Part shown: one piece after another, positions 20,995-33,165 of the stretch
Layout: each line of letters starts with the position of its first letter
How positions within the stretch are numbered: position 1 is the first letter of the stretch
Origin: Thermodesulfobacteriota bacterium
GTDB taxonomy: Bacteria > Desulfobacterota_D > UBA1144 > Nemesobacterales > JAJCZQ01
DNA: 64,000 nucleotides
Direction: 5' to 3'
NCBI GenBank assembly: GCA_965215275.1
Contig: OZ244044.1
Coordinates: 800,001 to 864,000 of the forward strand
Program-made: the position numbers and the translations under genes
The notes under the pieces: model-generated
What the model was told of the DNA's origin: nothing
The model's input: the letters and a program-made list of their open reading frames with translations, nothing else
Databases searched by the model: none

Positions 20995-23900
20995 ATGACA
21001 ACAAAGTTCTTTACCAATAAAGACGGCAACACCCTGCTGGAAAAGTTTAAAGGGGCTTTCGAGTATAATCCCCATATCAGGGAATTCGATGTCTTGGTCG
21101 CCTATTTCTACTCATCTGGTTATTTCAAGGTCCAGCCTTTCCTGAAAAACGTTCCGAAGGTCCGCATCCTTGTTGGCATTGACTTAGATATCATGACCGT
21201 CAAATACAGAAACCAGGGATTGAAATTCTCAGGTGCCAGTCCAGAAGAAATCGCACAGGATTATCTAAAGGCACTTCGGCAGGAAATAGACGATGCAGAC
21301 TATTCCGAGGAAACTGAAGAAAGCATTCGTCAGTTCATTAAGGGATGCTGCCAGGGGAAAATACAGATCAGGGCACACCCCTCCCGTAAACTGCACGCTA
21401 AGATATATATTCTACGACCTGAAAACTTCAACTCCCACAATATGGGTGAAGTTATCACCGGTTCGTCTAACCTGAGCGAAGCAGGTCTTGGAGTGGCACA
21501 CAATGCAAAAAATTACGAGTTCAACGTCTCACTCAGGGACTACGAAGATGTGAAGTTTGCCACCGAAGAGTTTGAAACGCTCTGGCGGGAGGGTGAGGAA
21601 ATTTCCTCAGACGCAATACAGGAAACCCAGAACAAAACATTCCTTAAAGATGAATTTACCCCATTTGAACTTTATATAAAGATGCTGATCGAATACTTTG
21701 GCAGCGAAATTGAGTTCAACCCGGACAACATTAAAGACCTGCCGGGCAACTTCAAACGGCTTACCTACCAGCTGGATGCAATGAACCAAGGTTATGAAAT
21801 ACTAAAAAAGCACAATGGTCTTTTTCTAGCCGATGTGGTCGGTTTGGGAAAAACCATCGTAGCGATACTGATAGCCAGAAGATATTTTCTTTTCCACCGT
21901 CCACCTGAACGCATACCCCGGATGTTAATCATCATTCCGCCTGCACTCAAAAGCCAATGGAAGGAAACCGTAGAGCAGTTCAGAATGCGCGATCAAGTTC
22001 ATGTGAAAATCATGACCAACGGCAGTCTGCATAAAGTAGAAAATCCCGAAGACTACGATTTGATCATCGTGGATGAGGCACACAAGTTCAGGAACGATTC
22101 CACGATCGGCTATGAAAATTTACAAAAGATATGTAAGACTCCCTGCCAAAGCGGCGAGAAAAATAAAAAGGTTATCCTGATGTCCGCAACACCTCTCAAC
22201 AATCGCCCCGATGACATCTACAATCAGGTACTCCTGTTTCAGGATGCCAACAACAGCACACTGGGCATCCCCCTCGGTGACTTCTTTAGCAGGATAAACA
22301 GACGATACAACGAGATTATAAGTAAAAATGCAAGATATTCTACCTCCGAAAAAACCGCCGAGCTATACACCGAAGTGCGGAACAAGGTAATTGAACCATT
22401 GACCGTCCGCCGCACACGTACCGACCTTATGAACCACGAACTTTACAAAAAAGACTTGGAAAAGCAGGGATTCACGCTCCCAAAGTTAAGCGAACCTCAA
22501 AAACTTCTCTACCCGCTGGAAGGTTCCCTCAACGAACTATACAACAAGACCGTAAAGTTGATCACGAACGACATGCAATACATCCGCTACCGTGCCATAG
22601 AGTTTATTAAAACAGAAGAACACGCACGGAATTACAAGAGACCCGAATTCATATCTGCACAGCTTGTGGGGATTATGAAAACACTATTAATAAAAAGATT
22701 GGATAGCAGTTTTTATGCTTTTCACTGCACATTGAAACGTTTTGTCCGTGCTTCCGAGGCAATGCTCAAGATGATAGATAACGATCGCATTTGCATCGCC
22801 CCCGATCATAAGGTGGAAGAATACATTATGGAAGATAAGGAAGATGAACTGCTGCAAAAACTGGCTGAAGACCAAGATACTGATCCGAGAATCAAAATAC
22901 TGAAAAAATCTGATTTCAAAGATGATTTTACAGAAGAACTGAAAAAGGACCATTACATCCTAACTAATCTGGAAAAAGAGTGGGGAAAGATAATTCAAAT
23001 CGGGATCGACCCTAAACTGCAAAAATTTTTCTCCGTGCTGAATAAAAAACTCCTGCTAAAAAGTTACAATCCAGAACAGAAACTGGTCATCTTTTCAGAA
23101 TCACAGGAAACCACCGAATATCTGAAGGACAAACTAATCAGCGCAGGTCGCCGAGATGTCCTTGCTGTCAGTTCCATAAACAGAGGAGAACTTCAGAAAA
23201 AGATTAGATACAACTTTGACGCTGATGTTTCCATTGGACAACAGCGTTCCGAATACAACATCATTGTAACCACAGAGGTGTTGGCAGAAGGGGTGAATCT
23301 TCATCGCTCTAACGTTATCCTTAACTACGATACCCCTTGGAACGCCACGCGGCTTATGCAGCGCATCGGGCGCATCAATCGTATCAGCACAAAAGCCGAC
23401 GAAATATATGTTTACAATTTTTTTCCAACAGAAAATGTGGAAAACGACATTCAGCTTAAAAAGCGTGCAATAATCAAACTGCAGGCGTTCCACTCTGCCC
23501 TTGGTGAAGACTCTCAGATATATTCAACCGACGAGCAGGTGGAAAGTTTTGGCCTGTTTGACAAAAATCCTCAAGCTGATAATGAAAGTAGTGAACGCCT
23601 GAAATACCTGATGGAGATTCGCAAGTTCAAAGAAGAATCTCCCGACGAGTTCAGGCGTATCAAAAATCTGCCTCCAAAAATTCGCAACGCAGTAAAAAAT
23701 CCTGAAAGACGTGGCGGTACCTTATCCTACCTGCGAGATAAACAGCATCATGCTTTCTACCAAGTAAATCAAAACGAGGAACTTAAGGAACTGAGCTTTC
23801 TGGAAGCAGCACCTATCCTTAAATGCGACCCAAGCACCAAGACACTTCCCTTGCATAAAGAACATCACAAGCAGGTAAAACAAGCGCTAGAGCACTTTAG

Positions 23901-24270
23901 TAAAGCAGGCGAAACAAAAATTGTACTGGAGCAACAGAAACCAAACTTGAGGCCACATCAGAACCGTGCCATAAATTATGTCAAGGCGAAGCAAAATTAT
24001 CAGCACATCAGAGAAGAAGAAAAACAGAAATTGGGGTCTGCTATTGAAATTATTAAAAGAGGAAAATTCCAAGCCCTGCCGCGAGACATAAACAACTTGC
24101 AAAACAGCACTAAAAATCAAAATCTAAAAACCACTGACTTACTGGAACGCCTTTTGAAGATCATTGACAAATACCCATTGGGTTTAGAACTCGAACTTGA
24201 TTCAGAAGAATCCATCAAAAAACCAGCAGAAAATATGCCAAGAGTTATCATCGCACAGTCTTACATATAG
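20995..24270 (+). CDS. PLD-nuclease + SNF2-type SF2 helicase (partner of the type IIG RM gene)
   Basis: LHAKIYI...GSSNLS (HKD nuclease), LADVVGLGKT, DEAH, SATPLNN, EGVNL, QRIGRINR. Confidence 0.9.
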   Translation: MTTKFFTNKDGNTLLEKFKGAFEYNPHIREFDVLVAYFYSSGYFKVQPFLKNVPKVRILVGIDLDIMTVKYRNQGLKFSGASPEEIAQDYLKALRQEIDDADYSEETEESIRQFIKGCCQGKIQIRAHPSRKLHAKIYILRPENFNSHNMGEVITGSSNLSEAGLGVAHNAKNYEFNVSLRDYEDVKFATEEFETLWREGEEISSDAIQETQNKTFLKDEFTPFELYIKMLIEYFGSEIEFNPDNIKDLPGNFKRLTYQLDAMNQGYEILKKHNGLFLADVVGLGKTIVAILIARRYFLFHRPPERIPRMLIIIPPALKSQWKETVEQFRMRDQVHVKIMTNGSLHKVENPEDYDLIIVDEAHKFRNDSTIGYENLQKICKTPCQSGEKNKKVILMSATPLNNRPDDIYNQVLLFQDANNSTLGIPLGDFFSRINRRYNEIISKNARYSTSEKTAELYTEVRNKVIEPLTVRRTRTDLMNHELYKKDLEKQGFTLPKLSEPQKLLYPLEGSLNELYNKTVKLITNDMQYIRYRAIEFIKTEEHARNYKRPEFISAQLVGIMKTLLIKRLDSSFYAFHCTLKRFVRASEAMLKMIDNDRICIAPDHKVEEYIMEDKEDELLQKLAEDQDTDPRIKILKKSDFKDDFTEELKKDHYILTNLEKEWGKIIQIGIDPKLQKFFSVLNKKLLLKSYNPEQKLVIFSESQETTEYLKDKLISAGRRDVLAVSSINRGELQKKIRYNFDADVSIGQQRSEYNIIVTTEVLAEGVNLHRSNVILNYDTPWNATRLMQRIGRINRISTKADEIYVYNFFPTENVENDIQLKKRAIIKLQAFHSALGEDSQIYSTDEQVESFGLFDKNPQADNESSERLKYLMEIRKFKEESPDEFRRIKNLPPKIRNAVKNPERRGGTLSYLRDKQHHAFYQVNQNEELKELSFLEAAPILKCDPSTKTLPLHKEHHKQVKQALEHFSKAGETKIVLEQQKPNLRPHQNRAINYVKAKQNYQHIREEEKQKLGSAIEIIKRGKFQALPRDINNLQNSTKNQNLKTTDLLERLLKIIDKYPLGLELELDSEESIKKPAENMPRVIIAQSYI

Positions 24271-24292
24271 GGGAATTTATAAGTTAAAATCC

Positions 24293-27200
24293 ATGAAAGA
24301 ACAATTCAAAAACCTATTCAAGCAGCCGTACAACCGTAGGCATTGGATAAAAATGCTGCAACAACTATTCACCCCCCCCCGCAGATATTTTCATCACCAT
24401 CTGTCATTGAGAACTATGCTGTCAAAGAATTTCACCAACTTGGAACCATAACTCTTGCCGATAGAAAAAAGCTCGGCATCTACGAAATAAAAACCAAATC
24501 TAAAACGCGCATATCTCGCAACCGCGTTCGGATGCGCCACATAGTCGCAAAGGAGTGTCGTAAGAACTCAGAAGATGGAGCTCTTGCCGTTTATTACCAC
24601 GATGATGAAAACCTTTGGCGCTTCAGTTTCATCAGCATGGAATACAAAATAGATGGTGGAAGAGTCATCAGGGAAGAAAGTTCACCAAAACGATACACTT
24701 ATCTGCTTGGTAAAAGTGCCCGAATCCGCACCGCCATAGATCGTTTCAGTCAACTTGCAGAAGAAAATGCTACATTAGAAAACCTTAAAACTGCCTTTGG
24801 TGTGGAACAACTGAACAAGGAGTTTTACAAAAAGCTGTTTGATTGGTACACAAAGGCAAAGGATAGTGTAGTTTTTCCCAACGATACAGTGGAAGAAGAC
24901 AATCGGTCCATAAGTCTGATACGCCTACTCACCCGGTTATTGTTCATCTGGTTCATCAAGGAAAAGGGGCTGATAAATCCTGATTTTTTTGACGAGAACA
25001 AAGTCCGCCAACTCATTTTTTGGAACAAGGACAGCAGCTACTACAAGGCTATCCTACAAAATCTGTTCTTCGCCACACTCAATCGTGAGATCAATGAACG
25101 GAGATTTTGCGCCACCAACTGTTTTGTTACCAATGCTTACCGCTATAAAAACCTGTTCTCAGAACCGGATGAAAAACGGATAATCAACCTATTCAAGCAA
25201 ACCCCTTTTCTAAACGGTGGACTGTTTGAATGTTTGGATAGAAATGCCACCAATGAGGAACAACACTATGATATGGACAAAATCATTATAGGGGAACGTC
25301 AATTAATATGTATTGACAGCTTTTCGGACAGAGAAGACAATCCCCTTCATGTACCGAATGAACTTTTCTTCAATAATGACGATGAATCTCCGGGACTAAT
25401 AAATCTGCTTAAACAATACCAGTTTACTGTGGAGGAAAGCACTCCAATAGATGTAGCCGTTGCCCTAGACCCTGAACTCCTCGGACTGGTTTTTGAAAAA
25501 CTGCTTGATGATCATAACCTGGAAACTAAAGAGTCTACTCGTAGAGAGACCGGTTCCTACTACACCCCTCGAGAAATAGTCAACTACATGGTAGATGAAA
25601 GTCTTAAAGCATATCTTACCCAAACAGTTCCACCCCACGATAGCGACATTGATTTTTACCGTGAATGTCTGGATGAGTTGTTTGTTGCCTCATCTAAAAC
25701 CGATGAAATTACAGGGGAAAACGGAAGAGATTTAATATATAAAGAAGAAATACCAAAATTGATTGAAGCAATCAAAAAAATAAAAATATTAGACCCCGCT
25801 GTTGGTAGTGGTGCCTTTCCCATGGGCGTATTACATCGTTTGGTGTCTTTGCTTAATTTACTTGATCCTAACAGAGAAAATGACTTCGAACGCAAGCTAT
25901 ATCTGATAGAGAACGCCATTTACGGAGTGGATATTCAACTCATAGCCATTCACATTGTCAAACTGCGTTTCTTTATCTCGCTTGTTATAGAACAGGAGCC
26001 AACGCGTAACCCAGCAGAAAACTACGGAATCAAACCCCTACCAAATCTGGAAACCAAATTCACTTGTGCCGACAGCCTGATAGGTTTATACAAACCCAAG
26101 CAACTTAATTTAGAAAATCCAGATATCTCTCAGCGGAAGAAAGAGCTAAAATACATCCGCCAAAAATACTTCACTGCCAAAACCATAAAAACCAAACAAG
26201 AATATAAAGAAAGAGATAAAACACTGAGGAACAAGCTCGCTGGGTTACTGAGAGAAGATGGCTGGAAAAATGATACAACTGAACTTATAGCCAAATGGGA
26301 TCCTTATGACCAAAACTCCAGTGCCCGCTGGTTCGATGCCGAACACATGTTTGGTATTGAAGACAGTTTTGATTTGGTAATTGGCAATCCACCTTATGTG
26401 CAATTGCAGAAAAACAGTGGTAAACTCGGAAATCTCTACCAAAACGCCGGTTACAAAACCTTCAACCGTACGGGCGACATTTACCAATTGTTTTACGAAA
26501 AGGGATGCAAAATGTTGAAAAACAATGCCCACCTTTGCTATATTACCTCTAACAAGTGGATGGGGACAGTATACGGTAAAAAAACCCGTAACTATTTTGC
26601 AACAGAAACAAACCCTATCAAACTGCTGGACTTTAACGGTTGTCAAGTCTTTGAGAATGCGACCGTGGACACTAACATTCTTCTAATCCAAAAAGCAAAA
26701 CCAAAAAACGAACTTCAGGCAACGAGGTTTAAAAATGATTTTAAAAAAGATGACAGCATTAAGCAGTATGTGGAGAGAAATGCTGTATCAATCACTGTCT
26801 CGGACGATACTTGGGTTATTGGCAGTTCTACAGAGTTGAATATTATAAAAAAGTTAAAACGCATTGGTATTCGTCTGAGTAATTGGGAAATATCTATTAA
26901 GAGCGGCATCAAAACTGGTTACAATGATGCTTTCATCATTAATACTGACACTAAAGATAAACTAGTTGCTGAAGATCCTAACTCCGCCGATATTATTAAA
27001 CCCGTTTTGAGGGGTGAGAACATTAAGAGGTATCGTGTACAATGGACAGGAGAGTGGTTGATTAGTACTCATAACGGTTACAACAACATCCCTGCTGTTA
27101 ATATCAATGATTATCCTGCCGTTAAAAATCACCTAGATAAGTTTTACCATCAACTCGCCAAACGACAAGATAAGGGAAAGACACTTTATAACTTGCGCAA

Positions 27201-27630
27201 TTGCACCTACTACGAAAAATTCACTAAGGAAAAATTATTTTTTCCGGATATAGCTGATAAGGGACGTTTTACCTACGACAATAGTAATTTATATGGTGAT
27301 GTTTCAACGCTTCTGATGACCGGGAATTCTCTTAAGTATCTCTGCGCTGTCTTGAATGCAAAGTTAATAAGTTGGTTTTTCCATAACAACAATCCGGGAC
27401 TGGGTTCAAGTCTTAGGTGGAGAAAAAAGTATATGGAGGACATCCCCATTCCTCAAATCTCCAACTTGGAGCAGCAACCCTTCATAAAACTGGTAGAAAA
27501 AATTCTGAAAACCAAAACTTTCAAACCCGAAGCGGACACCAGCAAACAAGAAGCAGAAATAGACCAGTTGGTTTACAAGTTGTATAAATTAACAGAAGTA
27601 GAAATAAGAACCATTGAGAAGAAAGAATGA
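24293..27630 (+). CDS. type IIG (Eco57I/TaqI-like) restriction-modification enzyme, out of frame at a C9 tract
   Basis: ATG 24293 MKEQFKNLFKQPYNRRHW...FT joins PQIFSS... only with C7 or C10; motifs PFLNGGLF, GSYYTPREIV, LDPAVGSGAF, VIGNPPY, TaqI-C-like TRD. Confidence 0.88.
24372..24380 (+). repeat. poly-C (C9) tract, candidate phase-variation switch (OFF)
   Basis: accccccccc at codon 27 of the type IIG gene. Confidence 0.85.
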
Positions 27631-28119
27631 ACGAAATTGCCATCTGCTCAATTGCCGAGTTTCACAAAAAACTGCAAAAACATAAGAAATTTGACAAAAT
27701 GCTAATGTCTTGCCCTTTCAGGATCCATTTTAGAAAAATTAGCAATTTCTTCTAATGTTTCTTTAGGTCTATAGTAAAACCATCTCTTGCAGTATTAATT
27801 ACTGAAGTTTTAATATAAATATAGGGAACTATATGCTTTGTTCACCAAAGTTATTATTTAGTTTTTTTCTCAAGGATTTCTCCTCGCTTTTTAACAGATT
27901 CAGCATTAGGTATGAATATAGCTTTAGCTACCTAATTTATCGTTGATAGTATATTAGAAATAAATCTATATTGTATAAGTTATCTTTTTTTCCTGTCATT
28001 TTATGTACAGATTGCTGATTTTTTCTTTATGTATAGCTAATTTGGGAATTGTATAACCACCATGTTCAACGCGTTAGCAAAAAATCTCATTTAAATTCCC
28101 CTTTTTCCTTGAGCAAAGT

Positions 28120-28578
28120 TCATAACTCTAAAAATTTCCACTCATCCGTACGCTTATAACTTAAATCTATATCTAATTGATTTGCTGCCCAATTATTAAG
28201 TTTGTTTATAAGATCTGGGTTATAAACAAATTCCTTATGGACTCCTAATTCCTTAAATATTACCTTCGTAATTCGTTCACGCGCCCTTGCACCGTTAAAA
28301 ACCACTCCGTTGCATTTAAATGCTCGACCAGTATAGTTCCTGTAATCCAGTATTTTTCTAAGTTTCCTATAATTCATTTCTTTGTATCCAACAAATTTGC
28401 CAATTCCAAATTGAGAGGTGTCAGTGTCATAAACCCAATTATGTTTTCCTGATTTAAAGTAATTACTTTTCATATATCCCCTAAATTCTAAATTATCTTC
28501 TGCCTCTTCATTTAATGTTACAATATTATCCTTAATATCCTGTATTGTTGACACAAAATATAAATCGGGCTTTTGCAT
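28120..28578 (-). CDS. hypothetical protein (WVYD...FG..KFVGYK), possibly a nuclease-associated DNA-binding domain
   Basis: 152-aa ORF with AAGGAG SD; domain resemblance from memory only. Confidence 0.6.
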   Translation of the reverse strand: MQKPDLYFVSTIQDIKDNIVTLNEEAEDNLEFRGYMKSNYFKSGKHNWVYDTDTSQFGIGKFVGYKEMNYRKLRKILDYRNYTGRAFKCNGVVFNGARARERITKVIFKELGVHKEFVYNPDLINKLNNWAANQLDIDLSYKRTDEWKFLEL

Positions 28579-28710
28579 GTTGTATACTCCTTTACTATTG
28601 AATTTTTTTGTTTTTTACTTTTATAGGTTTGTTGATAAAAATAATTCGGGTTTTGCCCATGTTTATCCTTCGTCGGTTATTGTAACATAAGAAAATTAAA
28701 ATAACTATTC

Positions 28711-28739
28711 TTGACTTAAGTTAGAATAAAGAGTAGTAT
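28711..28739 (+). promoter_or_regulatory. candidate sigma70 promoter for the MTase-Mrr gene (nearly leaderless)
   Basis: TTGACT-17 bp-TAGTAT, 9 bp before ATG 28749, no SD. Confidence 0.45.
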
Positions 28740-28748
28740 TCTATAACG

Positions 28749-30216
28749 ATGCAAGGTTCTATCCCCCCCCCCCCCAGAAAATCGCACACTTTATGCAGAC
28801 GATTGTCTGAATGTCCTGAACGATACGTCAAAATTTCCTGATGAGTGTATAGATTTAATCTATTTAGACCCACCATTTAATTCAAACCAAACTTACAACT
28901 TGCCTTTTAAGAGGAAACTAAAGGAGGTTAAACCAGTTGAAGTATTTAAAGATACTTGGACTTGGGGACAAGAAGAAGATGAGATGTTAGAAGGTTTTAA
29001 AAGCAGTAGTAATCCGAATGTAAAAAAGTTGGCGGATTTGGTCTTTCTTGCTCGGTCAATAAACGATGAAAGAACTAAAACAAGAAGTGCAGCTGCTTAT
29101 TTGTGTAACATGGCTATCAGACTTCTATCAATGAAACGAGTATTAAAAAATACGGGAAGTATTTATCTCCATTGTGACCCTACTATGAGCCATTATTTGA
29201 AATTGTCGTTGGATTTGATATTTGGTAGAAAAAATTTTAGAGATGAGATTGCATGGCATTATCCAAGTATGAGCAAGAGATTGTCTGGCTTTCCTAAAAA
29301 ACATGACACAATATTCCGATACACAATGAGTGATAATTATATTTTTAATTATAAAAATATCTTAATACCTTATGCAAAAAGTACAGTAAATAGATCAAAA
29401 TACGGAGGTGCAGGTTTTAAAAGAAAAGAAGGATATTCTAACTATCTTGTGAGAGAAGGTAAAATACCCGATTCAGTATGGAACATTCCACATATTAAAA
29501 GTAAAAATGAACACTTAGGCTACCCTACACAAAAGCCTCTGAAACTACTTGAACGAATAATCAAGGCAAGTAGTAATGAAGGTGATTTAGTTCTTGATCC
29601 TTTTTGTGGATGTGGAACTGCTGTTCATGCTGCAGAAGATCAAAAGAGAAACTGGATAGGGATAGATATATCAAAGTTCTCTACTGGACTTATAAGTGAG
29701 CGTATCTGTAACAATTTTCCTAAATTGCAGAGTAGTGATATAAGAATTTTTAATGTTCCTGACAATTTACAGAGTGCCAGAAACTTAGCAAAACAAGACC
29801 CGTTTGAGTTCGAGAAATGGGTATGTGGGGAGATCGGTGCTCATGGCATGTTCCGTGAACCAGGAAGGAAAGGATCAGACGGTGGGGTTGACGGCATTAT
29901 TGACTTTGGATTGTTTAAGGGGCTTAATAAACTTAGTAAAGGTTATGCTATCGTTCAAGTTAAAGGTGGAAAAGTAACTCCAGATTCAGTTAGAGCATTA
30001 TATCAGACTGTAAAATTTTTTGGTGCAACAGCAGGGGTTTTTGTTTGTTTTAATGAATATATGAACACAGTTGAAAACAACAGAAACAAAGATACTTACA
30101 ACGACCTGACAGGAATATACCCCTTAATTCAAGGATTCAGTGTAGAAGACTTGCTTGCAAAGAAAAAACCTAATCTACCACCACTTGTGATTAGAGAAAA
30201 CGCATTGTTTACTTGA
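28749..30216 (+). CDS. beta-class m6A DNA methyltransferase fused to an Mrr-like restriction endonuclease, out of frame at a C13 tract
   Basis: ATG 28749 MQGSIPPP; main frame PENRTLYADDCL...IYLDPPFNS lies upstream of the listed ORF; YPTQKP, DPFCGCGT; C-terminal FEFEKW...DGGVDG...QVKGG. In frame with C12 or C15. Confidence 0.88.
28763..28775 (+). repeat. poly-C (C13) tract, candidate phase-variation switch (OFF)
   Basis: atcccccccccccccag just after the start codon. Confidence 0.9.
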
Positions 30217-30222
30217 TAGAGT

Positions 30223-30540
30223 TTACTGTACTAATTCCTTATATGTAATCCTCTTCCCATCTAACCCGTTAACTACATTCTCAATTTGGTTTATTATCGG
30301 TAATGGTCTGCTGTCGTGCCTTCCAACATGCTCATCAACATAGCGTTGCAGGTGCTTTTTGCTCATATAGTGGTATGTTCCAATATATCCTCTTTTTAAC
30401 ATAGACCAAAAACTTTCTATCTCGTTGGCATGAACTTGACCTTTAATGTACTCACCTACTCAATGATTTACAGATTCATGCCTATATAACTTCTTATTCA
30501 ACCCAATATATCCTAAATTCTAATCCGTATAAATTGTGTC
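30223..30540 (-). mobile_element. IS1595-family transposase C-terminal remnant
   Basis: TIYTD*NLGYIGL...HESVNH*VGEYIKGQVHANEIESFWSMLKRGYIGTYHYMSKKHLQRYVDE...GKRITYKELVQ*. Confidence 0.88.
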
Positions 30541-30578
30541 AAGCAATCTTTATAAGTCTCTGAATTTTTTTGAAGTGT

Positions 30579-30988
30579 CTATTCTCCTTCATTATCTTCC
30601 TCTTCTTCCTCCTCATTTTCACCATTCTCTTCCTCTTCTTCTCCAAACAACTCGTCGACTTTGCATTTGGCTTTGCCTTTCACTTCGTCAGTTATACATT
30701 CAACAACTGTTTTGACAGCTAAACCTAAAACCACAAGATCATCTGATAAACCAACAATTGGTATAACATCTGGAACGACATCTACGGGAGAAATGAAGTA
30801 ACCAAGTGCACCAATTATGATAGTTTTTGCCCAACGTGGTGTTACATTGGTCATGGCAGTTTTTGCTTCAGGAGACTGAAGTGCGTAATAAAGTTGAAGA
30901 GCCAATTCTACACACTTTCTTACAATCTTGATTGCGCCTTTTTTTAGCTTACTCAAAAACCTTTTTCGGAGTTATTTTCATCGGTCAT
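30579..30988 (-). pseudogene. YkvA/DUF1232 family copy 1, frameshifted near the 5' end
   Basis: ATG 30988 MTDENNSEKGF then TGA (ggtttttgagt versus ggtttttggagt in the paralogues); GALGYFISPVDVVPD...GLSDD. Confidence 0.8.
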
Positions 30989-31470
30989 AATTATTCTCCA
31001 TTGTGTAAAATATGGAAAATAATATACTTTGAGCAATCAAGAAAAGCCAACAGAGACTTTATCTCTGTATACCCAGCTACCTTGTGTATTCTACTCTTAA
31101 AACTGTATTTCCTTTTCCGCCAGCTTGTCTGGGTTGGATAACAATATTAATATCTTGTCGGTTTCTTGATTAGTTATATTCATTCAATAAATCTTTTAAA
31201 ATTGGATAATCAATTTCCTCTCTGGCATGACCATCACAAGAAGTATTATAGATGTGTTTAAGGTATTTTAAGCACTGGAATTTTTCCATAGATAGTATGT
31301 AAACTAACAAGATAGATTTTTTATTATACCATCTGTCTAAAATATAATACTGCCAAACACAACTTATATTATATAGAAAATGGTTTATGAAAAACCAAGT
31401 TTTGGGCAACATTGTATATAATCCGCAAATCAAAATTTTGATGCCTTGGCCGGCTACTTCCACACCCACT

Positions 31471-31947
31471 TCAACAGAAAAGGAAATAGATAACAACAAC
31501 AAAAAGGCAGCCTATTAGGACAATTAATGAAAGGTAGCCTATTAGAACAATTAATACCTTACCAATGATAACTGCTACAAGGTAAAGAAGAGGGAGAAGA
31601 AATAAAAATTTTAGGAATCTGAAGAGGTTGGAACCATCCATTGATTCATCAGTATTGGACCCAGACGGATCTCTGGGCTCTGCAGTTTGGTTGAAATCAT
31701 CCGTCGATTCATTAGTGTTGGACCCAGAATCAGATCTTGAAAATAAACTATCATATTGAGCACGTTTGTTCTCATCGCTCAATATTTGATAGGCTTCATT
31801 TATCTTTTTGAACCTTTCCAAAGCAGAATCATCGCCGGGATTTCTATCAGGATGGAACTTAAAAGCAAGTCTTATATACTGCTTTCTTACCTCATACAAA
31901 CTGGCACTTCTGTCAATACCGAGAACTTCATAATAATCTCTGGTCAC
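31471..31947 (-). CDS. J-domain (DnaJ N-terminal) protein with C-terminal TM helices
   Basis: DYYEVLG...FHPDRNPGD...[13 protein letters not shown]...RAQYD; duplicated SGSNT(N/D)ES linker; 2 TM. Confidence 0.85.
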   Translation of the reverse strand: MTRDYYEVLGIDRSASLYEVRKQYIRLAFKFHPDRNPGDDSALERFKKINEAYQILSDENKRAQYDSLFSRSDSGSNTNESTDDFNQTAEPRDPSGSNTDESMDGSNLFRFLKFLFLLPLLYLVAVIIGKVLIVLIGYLSLIVLIGCLFVVVIYFLFC

Positions 31948-32439
31948 TATTTAACTCCAGAAGGTTAATTAAAACCATAAATCAGTTTTAGGTTCAGCAA
32001 ATCCAAACGTTCCTTCACTTATTACAGACCCTTCAACTTCGGCAGTACTTAACTTACCTTTTTTAATAACTTGCATACGGATCACATCTCCTCCGCTTTG
32101 TCTTTTTGACCCTTCCTGCTTTTTTGACCTTCTTTTATAACATCATCAGTTCCACTTCTTATTTTATCCGCTTCATCATTGGTCGATACAACTATCATTG
32201 AGGATTTTATTAATCCACCATTTAATGTAAATTATAAAATCATCTCCTAAGTTGAGAACAAATTTAACATTATATTGCTGAATAAGATTAGGAAAGGACA
32301 ACCTTGTGTTGTGTGGACTATACAAGTCCTGAAGGATTTGAGAATTTATCAAATTTAAGTAACAGAACTAGTGCCTACTACCGAAACAATAAAGATTGTG
32401 TAAAGCAATCTTTATAAATCCCTGAATTTTTTGAAGGGT

Positions 32440-32817
32440 CTATTTTCCTTTGTTATCTACCTCTTCTTCTCCAAACCATTCATTGACTTTGTGTTTGGCC
32501 TTGTCTTTCATTTCGTCAGTTATGTATGCAGCAACCGTTGCAACGGCTACAACGATAACCCCGTAATCGTCTATGAGACCACCTGGTAACAAATCTGGAA
32601 CGGCATCTACGGGAGAGATGAAGTAACCAAGCGCACCAGTTATGACACTTTTTGCCCAAATTGGTGTTTCAGGAGACTGAAGTGCATAATAAAGTTGAAG
32701 TGCCAACTCTACACACTCTCTTCCAGCCTTGATTGCGTATTTTTTAGCCTTACTCCAAAAACCTTCTTTGGAATAGTGCTCCGAATAACCAATTTTAACG
32801 TTATCTTTATCGCTCAT
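32440..32817 (-). CDS. YkvA/DUF1232 family copy 2
   Basis: GGAG SD + ATG 32817; FWSK...LYYAL..P.TP..AK..I.GALGYFISPVDAVPD...DD. Confidence 0.88.
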   Translation of the reverse strand: MSDKDNVKIGYSEHYSKEGFWSKAKKYAIKAGRECVELALQLYYALQSPETPIWAKSVITGALGYFISPVDAVPDLLPGGLIDDYGVIVVAVATVAAYITDEMKDKAKHKVNEWFGEEEVDNKGK

Positions 32818-32877
32818 AATTATTCTCCACTTTGTAAAATATGGGAATAATATATTTTGAGTAATTAAGAAAATCAA

Positions 32878-32992
32878 CTGAGGATTTCAACAAAGCAATT
32901 GCATTAAACCGGGACTTTGCATAAACTTACAATAACCGCGGACTGACTTACGCCGTAACAGGAGTCTATGATAAAGCCATTAAGGATTTCAA
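32878..32992 (+). pseudogene. TPR gene fragment (second copy at 33601-33715)
   Basis: EDFNKAIALNRDFA*TYNNRGLTYAVTGVYDKAIKDFN; DNA nearly identical to about 37972-38085 of the TPR gene. Confidence 0.8.
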
Positions 32993-33165
32993 CTTTACTC
33001 TTTACTGGTAAAGCAGCAACATCAAACTGAAAAATTTCTCTGTATGAATCCTGATGGAAAATGAAAATTTATCAAATTTAAGGAACAAAAACAGTTCCTG
33101 CTACCAAAACAATAAAAATTGTGTCAAGCAATCTTTAGAATTTTTGAAGGGTCTATTTTCCTTTA

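Noticed and set aside
27660..28100. Possible decayed gene (- strand RPKETLEEIANFLK, faintly sulfotransferase-like)
   Set aside because: Too degraded to assign.
31170..31502. 110-aa ORF downstream of the J-domain gene
   Set aside because: No recognisable motif, overlaps the neighbouring gene, AT-rich; probably spurious or a remnant.
31950..32250. Fragmentary reading frames upstream of the J-domain gene
   Set aside because: Probably a pseudogene (GGAG+ATG followed by an early stop), but the family cannot be supported.
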